Origin: a virus
Taxonomy: Duplodnaviria > Caudoviricetes
IMG/VR virus record: IMGVR_UViG_2808606549_000001
Location: 63,535-127,534 of that record
DNA length: 64,000 nucleotides
Direction: 5' to 3' (one strand)
Shown one piece after another: positions 53,609 to 64,000 of the stretch. The notes beneath the pieces are model-generated. The model was not told the origin of the DNA. It made no database searches and saw only the letters and a program-made list of their open reading frames with translations. The translations under genes were made by a program, and so were the position numbers. Numbering within the stretch: position 1 is the first letter of the stretch; each line of letters starts with the position of its first letter.

Positions 53609-54604
53609 ACTACTTTATATTCCTCCCAGTTTGATTAGTGTATAGTGTTCGCACACTACCATATTGATTATATAAAATTTGGTGGATAAAAGTAAAGTAT
53701 ATGGATGGGATGAGGGAAATAAATCTTGTAGGAATAAGCTGATACATACAAATAAATTAAATTGTATATAGTATAAACAGTTAGTGATAAGACGGTAAAT
53801 ATAGTTGTCAAATGAGAATAAAATAGTTGTGACGTTAGTGATTGCTTACATATATCATATTAGACATCTGTTAGTGTCCACTTGCATTTGATTATAAGAC
53901 AAATAATACAATTTTATAATAGTTATCAAATGATAATTTATTAATTTGAGTATAAGATAAATGACAATTCATCTAACACTGTTAGATAATATAAGATTGC
54001 ACATAGGTGTCGCCTGTTACAATGCGATTCTGGACCGATCATTCCTGTATTATGTCCTACTAGTCCTATTGGCCTTGAAAATCAACGTTATTTTGAAAAT
54101 TCTTTTCATTTTCATAATCAGCTAGTCCAGGTTAGATCCATATATAACAATTTACCATCCATTGCCAAAACCTGAATATAACTATTATTATATGTTGATT
54201 TCCAAGGGCTTTTAGCTGCATAGAGGGGGGATGGTTTACATTAGAAAAGCGGATCAGGATGGACAGATGGCGGTTAGCACTTCAATCTCCACACTCATCA
54301 CCTAATTTTCCCGATTATATTACTCACCTATATTTACCTCACATTTTCCCTAATTGTAATCGTATTTGTAATCGTATCTTCCCTTGATTATCCTCACTTT
54401 TACTAATCTCATTTCCCCCTATTTTCATCCTATTTCCTCTCATTTTCTCTTCATAATCTCCATTTTCCCCTTCAGAATCAATCATTTTTACGATTATCCC
54501 ATATCTCTCTCATTCTCAATGTTCCTCCATCATACTCCTTCCTTATAAATCAACACTTTCCCATTTCTCACGATTACATAAAAAAGACGACCTCGATTGG
54601 TCGC

Positions 54605-55330
54605 CTAATTTTTCACTATCCACTTTTTCATATTCAGATCAATATTCTTCTTATATTCCTTTTTAAATTCTCCCAGTATCCCATACTCATAGCACAACTT
54701 ATGTTCAAATCTTTCCGTTTTATTTTTCTCCCCTATAACTTCCACCTTCCAGGAATACAACAGATACCTTTTATTTAGTTCATAAACCATCCTGTGAACA
54801 GCATCCTTATCAAATTTTAATATCTTAGCCATATTCTCAATACTCATATATGACTTTCTCTCCACATTGCCATTGGATAATTTACGCAGCAGACAATAAA
54901 GTGCTATATACCTTTCCTCTAACCCTGTGTCTAGATAATGTTGGATCATCCCAAAATCAATCGGAATATTAAACTCATATTCTTCCTCACATTCCTCAAT
55001 CACAAGCCATTCCTTATTTTTAATCTCACCATTGTCATCATAAAAATATTCAGTCCTAGAGTATCCCTGTATTTTTATTAATTTGTACCTCTTTAACTTT
55101 AGCAAATAATCTAATACATCTTTTGCTGCGTAACCTGTTTCTTTAGATAGTCCTGAAATGGAGGTAACAAATACATGTTTGGAGTTTTGTTTATGTAACC
55201 TGAACCTATATAAACTCAGATATAAATAAAACACCTTCTCATTCAACTTACCAAACAATGAATTCTTATCCTCAAACCAAGCAGAATTAATGTATGTATA
55301 GTCTAAAGTAAAATTAAATTGCAATCCCAA
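54605..55330 (-). CDS. Putative replication initiator (tandem winged-helix)
   Basis: Two LY..L...S(I)..(L/M).K HTH-like repeats; iteron-like array directly upstream. Confidence 0.45.
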   Translation of the reverse strand: MGLQFNFTLDYTYINSAWFEDKNSLFGKLNEKVFYLYLSLYRFRLHKQNSKHVFVTSISGLSKETGYAAKDVLDYLLKLKRYKLIKIQGYSRTEYFYDDNGEIKNKEWLVIEECEEEYEFNIPIDFGMIQHYLDTGLEERYIALYCLLRKLSNGNVERKSYMSIENMAKILKFDKDAVHRMVYELNKRYLLYSWKVEVIGEKNKTERFEHKLCYEYGILGEFKKEYKKNIDLNMKKWIVKN

Positions 55331-55606
55331 CTATCACCTCCAGACATTACCCTTTTTCATAAATTAATTTAAATAAATTTTACTCCTATACTATACTAGG
55401 GCTACAATTACCCTCCCAACATACCATACATTCAAATTTTATATACCTAATAATAAAATTGAAGTTTAAAACACACATCTATATACATATCACCAATAAC
55501 AAAATACAAAAATAGAATACAGACCCACATATACCCCCATAGGGTATACGACAGTATGCCCTATAGATTATGTTTTTATTATTAAATTTATGTTTTTATA
55601 TATTCT

Positions 55607-55768
55607 ATCCGGTTTTGAGGGGTAAATATCAAGTTTGTTTTTCCTGATATCCGGTTTTTTGGCCTAAATATCACGTTTTTCGTGTTTTCCTATATATCCG
55701 GTTTTCGGGGGTAAATATCAAGTTTTTTTACAGGGCGCATCCGGTTTTTGAGGGTAAATATCACGTTT
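55607..55768 (+). repeat. Four 30-bp direct repeats ATCCGGTTTT-N6-TAAATATCA(A/C)GTTT (iteron-like)
   Basis: Starts at 55607, 55649, 55696, 55739 (periods 42, 47, 43); adjacent AT-rich tract at 55565-55605. Confidence 0.85.
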
Positions 55769-56050
55769 TTTTCAGGCATCAAATTTACCTTCATTATCAA
55801 CGGTTTCTGATTGCCCTGATACTTACCATGTTTTGTACACTAAAATAAATAAATTTTACATGTTACTATGATGGAGGTTACAATCCCCCTATTCTGCCTC
55901 TGCATATCTCAAATTTATTATCTGGACAATAAAATTGAAACTCAGAACATGCGTTAAAGGGTATTCCCTAACCTCACTACAAATTAAAGGTCACCGAATA
56001 TATAATTCGGCAACCTCAATATACATTTTTACCTTAGTAAAAGTCAATGG

Positions 56051-57112
56051 TTATGACCTTGCATCAATAATTTTCTTCGCTTCTCGTCTCAGTTGCATCC
56101 CTATTCCATTCTGAACGCCTTTTAGGAGTTGAATAGCCTCATCTTTCGTCAACTCATCGAATATGGTTTCGGGTTGCAGATCTTCAAACAATCCACGTCC
56201 AGCTATATTTCTTTCTTTCTCGAGGTAGGTAGAACTAGTAAGCGCAGGAGAACTATGTCCAGCTTGAATCTGAGCTGCACGGAGGCCACCAACATCAAAA
56301 GCGTACTGGATGCCCGTTTTTCGCAATGAATGGAATGACAATTTCCTGTGAGCAGCAAATCCTGCCTTCTGGCACAGGCGCTTCACCATATCATTAATCG
56401 CGGACAAGGACATCATGAAAATGTGATCGGTCTCTGCCCTGCTCCCCTTTAACTCCTGAATCAAATTATATAGGCTAACATGAATCTCCTTATCCTGGAC
56501 CATCTTCCCCTTATCAAACAGTTCATCAGATTCAATGACATACATATCCTTATCAGTTTCATGTTCATGGATGTCACAGAATCTAATCTTGTTGATAGCA
56601 TCTTTACGGATACTTGTAGCCATTGCCAGTTTAATCAGCACATGCTTCTCTTTCCCATTATGTAGTTCGTCTAGAGCCATGTCTGCAAGCTGCATAGCCT
56701 CATAAGGGTACAGGACATCTGTTTTCTTGGTGTCACGTGGTAGTTTCTTCACCTTTTTGAACATATACATGTTAATCATGTCTTTATATTGGTCATGAGC
56801 CTTCAGGTGGTCATAGAGGCTCTTCACAGCACTTATTGCCCTATTGATGCTGCCGTTCTTGTAGTCTCCACTCTTCACAAGTAGATCCTTAAAGTTGTTC
56901 ATCTCGGTAAGGTTAGTCGGCAAGTCAGTTACCGTCATAGTTTCGATCTCCTTGCCCTTAATCATTCTAAAGAACATGCGAATATCCTTCTCATATGCCT
57001 TTTTTGTGTTTTCACCATTGAAACCCAAGAAGAATGAATATATATGTTCGAGCAAATCATCCTTATTCAAAGATACCACGTTGTTCAAACCGTTCACCAT
57101 TATCCCTCCCAA
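56051..57112 (-). CDS. Tyrosine recombinase (SPbeta YopP-like) with an apparently intact active site
   Basis: N-terminal NTKKAYEKDIRMFF; catalytic R (SIRKD), K (DKGK), HSLR, GH and Y (STYL). Confidence 0.88.
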   Translation of the reverse strand: MGGIMVNGLNNVVSLNKDDLLEHIYSFFLGFNGENTKKAYEKDIRMFFRMIKGKEIETMTVTDLPTNLTEMNNFKDLLVKSGDYKNGSINRAISAVKSLYDHLKAHDQYKDMINMYMFKKVKKLPRDTKKTDVLYPYEAMQLADMALDELHNGKEKHVLIKLAMATSIRKDAINKIRFCDIHEHETDKDMYVIESDELFDKGKMVQDKEIHVSLYNLIQELKGSRAETDHIFMMSLSAINDMVKRLCQKAGFAAHRKLSFHSLRKTGIQYAFDVGGLRAAQIQAGHSSPALTSSTYLEKERNIAGRGLFEDLQPETIFDELTKDEAIQLLKGVQNGIGMQLRREAKKIIDARS

Positions 57113-57301
57113 AAGTTGGTTATAATTTGATTATACACAGATTATATCCATTGTCAAAGAAATTTATGCAAAGTATTGCTTTTTTATTTTTAATTTTGCT
57201 ATACTGCACTCGTGGTTGAGAAACCACAATCACGAATCTGTATCTACAAAATTCAGAGGAGATGATCAATATTAAAACTAAACAAGGGAGAATGATTAAT
57301 T

Positions 57302-57511
57302 ATGAAAAGAAGGAACAATCCACGTGAAGCATGGGACGCTTATTTTGACTTTGATTTTAAAGCAATGAACAATTACATTGACGATAATGAAGACTTTTTA
57401 GATCAAGATGAATATCCCTACTCTCAACGAACAGAAGATGAATATTGGGCCAGTTTAGATGAGGATGACGATGAATTCTTGAAACTTAAAATGCTACAGG
57501 AAGTTCAATAA
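57302..57511 (+). CDS. Small, highly acidic protein
   Basis: RBS; D/E-rich 69 aa; directly upstream of yonO. Confidence 0.6.
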   Translation: MKRRNNPREAWDAYFDFDFKAMNNYIDDNEDFLDQDEYPYSQRTEDEYWASLDEDDDEFLKLKMLQEVQ

Positions 57512-57544
57512 CGATCAGAAAGAAGTGAGGCGAGTAAGATAAGT

Positions 57545-60088
57545 TTGGAGAGACAGGTTCACATCTATAGTCTTGATACCAGCCACTTTTATAATACATA
57601 TGAATCCTCTATACATAGAAAATTAAATCGTTCCTACTTATTCAAAAAGACACTCAAGAAACATACAGAAAAAGCAGCAGACGAAAAACTTATCGAACGT
57701 ATGACACGAATAAACTCGCGCATTAAGGCTCTGAAGCAAAAATTATATGATGAATTTACTAAGAACCAAGATATTCGTGTTCTCTGTGAAGAATCATTAA
57801 AGAGTAAGAATATTATCTCAGTATTTGATTCGGTTCTTACCAGGACAATTGGAATACCTCAAGATGCATTGTCGGAAGATATCATTGTCGTCCAGACTTA
57901 TTTCTTCTCTATCCTAGAGGATTTGATTCTAAAGGGATTTTATTTAAAAGGTGAAAAATACATATGCTTCACGGCTTCGGCTGGTCAAATCCGAACTAAA
58001 AAGACTGTCTTTATCCGAGAAAGTCTGATCGAAAAACACTATCTCTCGCTTAGTTGCGGATTAACCATCGAAGATATCAACAATCACGGTGGAGTAAATA
58101 TTAATAAATACCTTGCCTATCTTGCCTTATGTAATAGTGCTACCGATGAATGGAACGAATTCAACATTGATAAAACAATTGTGGTTGAGGATATGGAGAC
58201 CACTGTACGCAGTCTCGTGGATTTCATTGACGAGAACACATATGAGATCACACGACAAGAGATGGACATTCTTATCAATCATACTGATGGTTGCGGAATG
58301 ATTCTTCCACGCAAGAATAAGAAAAGCATTATGATTCGGTTACCTTGGATTAAGGGTTTGCTAGTCCCCTTCCCTTTCGATAAGTTCATAAGGGAACATA
58401 AAACTCCTGGATCGAAGGTTGGCATTGTCAAAGACATTTACGGGAAAGAGCATGATGTCATCAAAGAAGGGATTGAAGTCATCCTAACCAAGAGTCAATT
58501 CAAAATGTGGAAGTACTATTCATCTTGGGAGGAATATAAAGAAAAGTACAGGCTACACAGTTGCCATGCGGGAAAGTGTAACGAAGAGGATGATGTCTTT
58601 GCTGATGCAAAATTAAATTATCAGATGCTTCAAACGCTCCCCTCTATGACTGACGATGAATTATTAAGCATTGCTACTGAAACAATTGACAATATTACCC
58701 GAATTGGCCGCGACAAAGACACAATGCTAAAAGTTCTTGGTGTCACTCCGTCCAATAAAAATAAGAATTACATACAACAAGCACTGGAAATCTACCCCGA
58801 ATTACTGAACGATACATACTGCAAGGAAATTCTGAAGCAAGTTAAGAAAAGTAAAATTAAAGCAGCTCGTGCGGGTAAGTTAGACATCAATGGCAAGTAT
58901 ACTTTCATCTCACCAGATCTGTTCGCATTTAGTGAGTTCTTGTTCTTGGGGGACACTAATCCAAAAGGACTGCTAGATAACGGAGAAGTTTATTGTGGAC
59001 TCTTTGTTAACAGGACAAAATTGGATTGCCTTCGTAGCCCCCATCTATATCGAGAACATGCAGTAAGAATCAACACTGTAGACAAGTGCAAAGGTAGATG
59101 GTTCGTCACTAAGGCGCTCTATACCAGTTGTCACGATCCTATTTCCAAAATCCTTATGTTCGACAATGATGGAGATAAGGCATTGGTTTGTGCAGATCCG
59201 GTTCTCGTTTCAGTTGCTGAACGTGAGATGCAGGATATTGTACCCCTCAACTACAACATGGCTAAGGCTGGCGCAACATCAATCAATGAACAAAGCATTT
59301 ATGCTGGATTAAAGGCGGCTTATACTGGTGGTAACATCGGGGTTATAAGCAATGACATCACGAAGATATGGAACAGCGATGATATCAATCTCGATGTAAT
59401 AAAGTGGCTTTGCATGGAGAACAACTTCGTCATAGATTACGCTAAAACGTTGTTTAAACTAGAAAGACCGGAAGATAAGAACGAACTAATAACAAGATAC
59501 ACAAATGCCAAGACTCCTTTCTTTTTCAAATATGCTAAAGATAAATTGGATAATGGTGTTGAACATATAAATAATAGTGTCGTGAATCGACTCAACAGAT
59601 TAATCCCGAATACCAGGATGAATTTTGTTGCTGCTAATCTTGGCAAGTTAGATTATAAGTTACTGCTTAGTGATCCTGATATCACTGTGGAACTAGATAA
59701 TAAAATAATCGATACATATTCTGAGTTGGACATACGAAAGAAGTTTATGTCTGATCAATCTGATAACGAGAATGAATTCTCATTCTTGTATAGAGACATT
59801 AGAAATAACCTTCTGGATGTGAATCATGACATTAACCATGTTGTCGATACATTGGTTGAATATCTATATGGTCATAAAGACAGCAGTTTTAAGACTACTC
59901 TCTGGTGTTGCTTTGGAGATATAATGATCGCCAATTTGAAGCGAAATGTATCTACTGCAACTGTTCTTTGCGAAAGATGTGGAACTCGTATTGTACGTTC
60001 TTCCAACAGTATAAAGTATTGTAAACAATGCTTTTCGGAAATACGCAAAGAGTACAAAAGAATGAATAAAAGGAAAAATAAAAAATAG
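57545..60088 (+). CDS. yonO: YonO-type single-subunit phage RNA polymerase (two-barrel, RdRP-related)
   Basis: FTASAGQIRTKK, HTDGCGMILP, RLPWIKGLL, LRSPHLYREH, catalytic MFDNDGD; C-terminal Zn ribbon. Confidence 0.92.
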   Translation: MERQVHIYSLDTSHFYNTYESSIHRKLNRSYLFKKTLKKHTEKAADEKLIERMTRINSRIKALKQKLYDEFTKNQDIRVLCEESLKSKNIISVFDSVLTRTIGIPQDALSEDIIVVQTYFFSILEDLILKGFYLKGEKYICFTASAGQIRTKKTVFIRESLIEKHYLSLSCGLTIEDINNHGGVNINKYLAYLALCNSATDEWNEFNIDKTIVVEDMETTVRSLVDFIDENTYEITRQEMDILINHTDGCGMILPRKNKKSIMIRLPWIKGLLVPFPFDKFIREHKTPGSKVGIVKDIYGKEHDVIKEGIEVILTKSQFKMWKYYSSWEEYKEKYRLHSCHAGKCNEEDDVFADAKLNYQMLQTLPSMTDDELLSIATETIDNITRIGRDKDTMLKVLGVTPSNKNKNYIQQALEIYPELLNDTYCKEILKQVKKSKIKAARAGKLDINGKYTFISPDLFAFSEFLFLGDTNPKGLLDNGEVYCGLFVNRTKLDCLRSPHLYREHAVRINTVDKCKGRWFVTKALYTSCHDPISKILMFDNDGDKALVCADPVLVSVAEREMQDIVPLNYNMAKAGATSINEQSIYAGLKAAYTGGNIGVISNDITKIWNSDDINLDVIKWLCMENNFVIDYAKTLFKLERPEDKNELITRYTNAKTPFFFKYAKDKLDNGVEHINNSVVNRLNRLIPNTRMNFVAANLGKLDYKLLLSDPDITVELDNKIIDTYSELDIRKKFMSDQSDNENEFSFLYRDIRNNLLDVNHDINHVVDTLVEYLYGHKDSSFKTTLWCCFGDIMIANLKRNVSTATVLCERCGTRIVRSSNSIKYCKQCFSEIRKEYKRMNKRKNKK

Positions 60089-60317
60089 TGGGGACAAATA
60101 GGAATTTTCTATTATCTCTTTATTTTCAAGGGACTTTAAACATGTTTTGCGGCATCTTTGGATCTGATCAATAATAAATCCCTTTGTTTTCAACTCTGTT
60201 TTAAAAAACACTTGAAAATCCTAATAGTCTATAAGGGAAGCATGATGACTAAAGTACACATGGAAGAGATTGTCGTGTCCCCCTCAACTCAATAATTAAA
60301 TAGGGAGAGTTTTAAAT

Positions 60318-60590
60318 ATGAATAAGCCAGATCTAATTAAGGAAATTTCCACAAAAACAGGACTAGACAAGAAGCAAGTTGATGCAGCGACAACGGCACT
60401 ATTTGAGATTGTTGTAGAGGTACTTCAAAATGGAGAAAAAGTTCAACTGCAAGGTGTGGGCACCTTTGAAGCCAAAGAAACAGCAGCTCGTGAAGGACGT
60501 AATCCACAAACAGGCGAACCAGTTGCTATCCCTGCTGGCAAGAAGCCAACTTTTAAATTTGCTGATTCCGTTAAGAAGTCATTCAAATAA
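60318..60590 (+). CDS. hup: HU-family DNA-binding protein (YonN-like)
   Basis: MNKPDLI...GEKVQLQGVGTFE...AAREGRNPQTGE...IPA.K.P.FK. Confidence 0.95.
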   Translation: MNKPDLIKEISTKTGLDKKQVDAATTALFEIVVEVLQNGEKVQLQGVGTFEAKETAAREGRNPQTGEPVAIPAGKKPTFKFADSVKKSFK

Positions 60591-60654
60591 TCTAACTAGA
60601 GGAGGGTCTTCCCTCCTCTTTCTTATTCTACCTAGATAGAAGGTATGTGAGCAT

Positions 60655-61968
60655 ATGAAGAAATCTTACGTGCTAGACACAAACGTATTGCTAAGTGACG
60701 CAAACGCTTTATATGCTTTCGGAGATAACGAGGTCATTATCCCATCTGTAGTCCTAGAAGAGATCGACTCCAAGAAGAAATTGATGGATGAGCTTGGTCG
60801 CAATGCTCGATACGTCTCTCGACAATTAGATGAATTGCGTTCATATGGAGCACTCCACGAAGGAATCCGTCTTGATAATGGCGGAAGTCTTAAGGTCGTC
60901 ATCCATGATTCTAACTCTTCAGTATTTAGCACTTTTGAAGATAATAAAAACGACAATGCCATTATTGCTGTAGCATTAAAGCAAACAGAGATCAATCCAG
61001 ACACAGTACTCGTCTCCAAAGATGTTCTTGTTCGTGTCAAAGCGGATATTGTCTCTGTAAAGGCTGAAGATTACCAGCACGATAAAGTGGCAGACTCTGA
61101 AGATGAATTATATATGGGATACAGTGAGTTGCTAGTTGATGATGAATTGATTGACGAATTCTTCAAAAATAAATCAATTAAAGCAAACATTAAACCATTT
61201 AAAGAGTATCCTCCTAACCATTTCTTTATATTGAAGTCCAATGTTAATGAAAAGAAAAGTGTTGTGTGTAGAAAGGTAAAAAATAAGCTTACCCCTCTAT
61301 ATAATTATGACCAAAACTCCCCTATCTTTGGAATCAATCACAAAAACGTTCAGCAAATGATGGCGTTGGAATTACTTTTGGATGACGCTGTTCCTTTCGT
61401 TACGTTATCTGGCAAGGCCGGAACAGGCAAAACACTTCAGGCACTCGCTGCTGGACTATTGAAGACGATAGATGAGCATAAATACACAAAGTTATTGGTC
61501 GCTCGTCCAATCGTTCCTATGGGCAAAGATATAGGTTATCTTCCTGGAGAGAAGGAAGAAAAATTGCGTCCTTGGATGCAGCCTATTTATGACAACTTGG
61601 AGTTTTTATTTAACGCAACTAGACCAGGAGAACTGGATAGGATTCTTATGGGATTGCAAGGGGAAATTCAAGTTGAAGCTCTAACCTACATTCGTGGACG
61701 TTCGATCCCAAAGCAATTTATCATTATTGATGAAGCGCAGAACCTAACTCAGCATGAAGCAAAGACCATAGCGACTCGTGTTGGTGAAAACAGTAAATTG
61801 ATTTTCTGTGGTGATCCTTACCAGATCGATCATCCTTACCTAGACTTGTACTCGAACGGACTTACATATATCACGGAGAAATTCAAAGAGCACGACATTG
61901 CTGGACATATCACATTAAAACGTGGAGAACGGTCAACTCTTGCTCAATTGGCTGCTGATATCCTTTAA
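60655..61968 (+). CDS. phoH: PIN-PhoH protein (PhoH2/YlaK-like)
   Basis: YVLDTNVLL PIN domain; GKAGTGKT; GYLPG; RGRS; IIDEAQN; GDPYQID. Confidence 0.92.
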   Translation: MKKSYVLDTNVLLSDANALYAFGDNEVIIPSVVLEEIDSKKKLMDELGRNARYVSRQLDELRSYGALHEGIRLDNGGSLKVVIHDSNSSVFSTFEDNKNDNAIIAVALKQTEINPDTVLVSKDVLVRVKADIVSVKAEDYQHDKVADSEDELYMGYSELLVDDELIDEFFKNKSIKANIKPFKEYPPNHFFILKSNVNEKKSVVCRKVKNKLTPLYNYDQNSPIFGINHKNVQQMMALELLLDDAVPFVTLSGKAGTGKTLQALAAGLLKTIDEHKYTKLLVARPIVPMGKDIGYLPGEKEEKLRPWMQPIYDNLEFLFNATRPGELDRILMGLQGEIQVEALTYIRGRSIPKQFIIIDEAQNLTQHEAKTIATRVGENSKLIFCGDPYQIDHPYLDLYSNGLTYITEKFKEHDIAGHITLKRGERSTLAQLAADIL

Positions 61969-62000
61969 AACAAAATTTAAAAAATAGGGAGAAAAAAACT

Positions 62001-62222
62001 ATGGCTAAGAAGGTTCATGCTTATCAACTAAAAGGTGACTATTATCATCAAAAGCAAGTTGTTGCTGAATACGACAAGAAAACGGAGTCCACTTCTTACT
62101 ACTCTCTAGTCGATATCCTAAAGAACTTCGATGGTCGCCCTATTTCGATCACAATTAAAGAAGAAGATGCCGTCGAGTCACTTGCTCAACCATTTGACGG
62201 TGACGACGATATTGAGGAGTGA
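62001..62222 (+). CDS. yonK: YonK-like protein
   Basis: MAKKVH..QLKG...E..K....Y.L..IL..FDGR.ISITIKEE; synteny. Confidence 0.7.
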   Translation: MAKKVHAYQLKGDYYHQKQVVAEYDKKTESTSYYSLVDILKNFDGRPISITIKEEDAVESLAQPFDGDDDIEE

Positions 62223-62226
62223 TTGA

Positions 62227-63423
62227 GTGACACTCACTCCAGACACGCAAAGAAAACAAGAAGAATCGATTGACGAGTACCTAATTCGCTTGGGTTCCTC
62301 TCTCTCGCTTTATGACCTAACTTGGACTAAAGTGGCTGAACTAATGAATTCTCAACCTGAGATTGAGGATGACTACTCGGAGTCTAAATACCGCAAAGAC
62401 TATGCAGCGTATGAACGTTGGAACAAGGTTATCACCGAAAGGATCGTTGATAATGATGAATACCTAAATCAGATTCAGGATGCGTCCATTAACCTTCAAA
62501 AAGAAAAGGTTAAGTTTCAGGACCAAAAACGTGAATTCGGTAACATTGTTCGGCAACAGGCTCGTTTTGAACACCTCAAAGATGAAGTAACGAAGTCAAT
62601 AAGGGAACTCGAACAAGTTAAACCTCTCTCCTTCATCCCCTACAAAGGTGAAACAACTGGTGTTAGAGCAAATACACTTTGGAGCGATTGGCACTACGGA
62701 GCTGACTTCTCAAATAGTCTGAACAAGTATAGCCCAGAGATATTTAAATCTCGACTTGAACAACTCATCTCTAAAGTGATTTACTACGGTAAACTACATA
62801 AGGTTGATACTCTTACCATTGGAGCACTCGGTGACTTCCTTTCTGGAGCAATTCATGTATCCACTCGCGTTCAAGCCAGTGAAGATGTAATCAAACAAAT
62901 TCAAGTGGTATCTGAATATCTCGCCGAATCAGTCGCTGAACTCTCTAAACACTTTAGAAAAATTCGATTCATTAATATCATCGGCAATCACGCTAGATTA
63001 ATTTCTAATAAGCATGAATCGATTTTCACTGAGAATTTAGAGCGAATACTACCCTGGTATCTCGAAAGTCGCTTGCGTGATTTTAAGAATGTAGACATCT
63101 ATAGTGATCAAGATGGATACTTTGTTGATGATACATTTAATCCTCCTCATGTCTATGTCCATGGTGATCTAGACCATGTGTCAAGCGTTGCTAAAACCCT
63201 CCCTCAGATGCTTGGTATTGTCCCTCGTTATGTTTTCTGCGGTCATATCCATCACGATACAGTTAAGGAATATGGCAAGACTAAAGTCATTTCAAATAGC
63301 AGCCTTATCGGCGTAGATGACTACGCGTTATCTAAGCGCTTCTTTGCTGAACCTGCTCAAAAGATGCACATTTTCAAGAGCAATGACAAGATTGAACACT
63401 ATATTGAAATTGATTTTGAGTGA
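62227..63423 (+). CDS. yonJ: YonJ-like calcineurin-type metallophosphoesterase
   Basis: SDWHYG, LGD, GNH, HGD, GHIHH motifs. Confidence 0.8.
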   Translation: MTLTPDTQRKQEESIDEYLIRLGSSLSLYDLTWTKVAELMNSQPEIEDDYSESKYRKDYAAYERWNKVITERIVDNDEYLNQIQDASINLQKEKVKFQDQKREFGNIVRQQARFEHLKDEVTKSIRELEQVKPLSFIPYKGETTGVRANTLWSDWHYGADFSNSLNKYSPEIFKSRLEQLISKVIYYGKLHKVDTLTIGALGDFLSGAIHVSTRVQASEDVIKQIQVVSEYLAESVAELSKHFRKIRFINIIGNHARLISNKHESIFTENLERILPWYLESRLRDFKNVDIYSDQDGYFVDDTFNPPHVYVHGDLDHVSSVAKTLPQMLGIVPRYVFCGHIHHDTVKEYGKTKVISNSSLIGVDDYALSKRFFAEPAQKMHIFKSNDKIEHYIEIDFE

Positions 63424-63994
63424 ACCATATGGATAAGGAAAAAGAACTTAAAATTAAGCGAGAAGATAAATTCGAAACGCTTATGTTTGCTGTTGACTAC
63501 ATTCAAAAAATCATCTCCATTACAGGTGAATTTAATAATGACGATATCTTTAGTTGTCTTAAGAGAATTTATGATGAAGGATATAGTAACGGCAAGCGAG
63601 ATGCTTTAGAAAACATCATTTACAATGCATATCATGAAATTGATTCTATTGAAAAAGATGAAGCATGAACCGCTGAAGCGAGTCCTCTGCTTACTAGTGG
63701 AGGTATAATCCTATGTCAGAAGATGAATATTGGGCAAGTGAACCCATGGACGATGGCGATGAGGATGAAATTCTATATGAATTTCTGATCGATGAACCAG
63801 AGGATTTAACTTTAGTAATGCTACCTATGATCGATTTCAACTTAGAAGATGCACTTGAAAACTACTACAAACAACTAAAACGTTGCCGAAATAAAGATCA
63901 AATTAAGACTGTACTTCTAAGGTTCTATTCGTATGTTGTTGCCATGACAAATCTCCAAAGTGACATCCATTACCTACAGCAAAGAAGCGCTTAG
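63420..63994 (+). CDS. Two acidic hypothetical proteins (63420..63668 and 63713..63994)
   Basis: ORF track; RBS before 63713. Confidence 0.55.
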
Positions 63995-64000
63995 ATAACG

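Larger units (their letters stand above)
1..64000. mobile_element. Part of a large SPbeta-like temperate phage or phage-plasmid (replication, accessory, regulatory and RNAP regions)
   Basis: Recognisable homologs of SPbeta yor/yop/yon genes (primase, helicase, YopP/Q/R, YonO, HU, YonK, YonJ); dense small co-oriented ORFs; no host housekeeping operons. Confidence 0.9.

Noticed and set aside
55607-55768. Repeat array as a CRISPR
   Set aside because: Intervening sequences are only 12-17 bp, the repeats vary internally, and there are no cas genes; an iteron-like array fits better.
55944-55957. LexA-like box AGAACATGCGTTAA
   Set aside because: The right half-site is too degenerate to call.
1-64000. 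tRNA or rRNA genes; many short antisense ORFs in the ORF track
   Set aside because: No cloverleaf or rRNA sequence was recognised by eye; the antisense ORFs overlap better-supported genes and lack RBSs.

Overview
AT-rich 64 kb segment of a large SPbeta-like temperate phage or phage-plasmid of a spore-forming Bacillales host (Paenibacillus/Bacillus-like; the host is inferred). Core blocks: primase and helicase (1.4-4.6 kb); nucleotide and recombination genes (14-18 kb); a YopQ/YopR(MrpR)-like lysogeny pair (20.9-23.2 kb); a Rep-like gene with iteron-like repeats plus a YopP-like tyrosine recombinase (54.6-57.1 kb); and a YonO-type RNA polymerase, HU, PhoH, YonK and YonJ block (57.5-64 kb). Between them lie long minus-strand arrays of small unrelated ORFs. 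Main signals: (1) about 40 copies of an 18-bp imperfect palindrome, ATRAAA-N6-TTTYAT with a variable 6-bp core, almost all at junctions between the small accessory genes and absent from core blocks. This suggests an integron-like gene-cassette array or a stoperator-like operator network. (2) A non-canonical Agr-like peptide-signalling operon directly downstream of the MrpR-like repressor: AgrB, a kinase-less membrane protein, an unannotated 33-aa Cys-free peptide and a receiver-less LytTR protein. No arbitrium genes are visible in the window. (3) A tubulin, membrane protein, VirB4/FtsK-like ATPase and M23 peptidase module behind sporulation-type promoter motifs. (4) About 27 co-oriented CTGTTAT heptamers confined to 44.3-50.4 kb. 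(5) An orphan MazF behind a LexA box, divergent from rsfA. All family calls are from motif recognition by eye; no searches were run.
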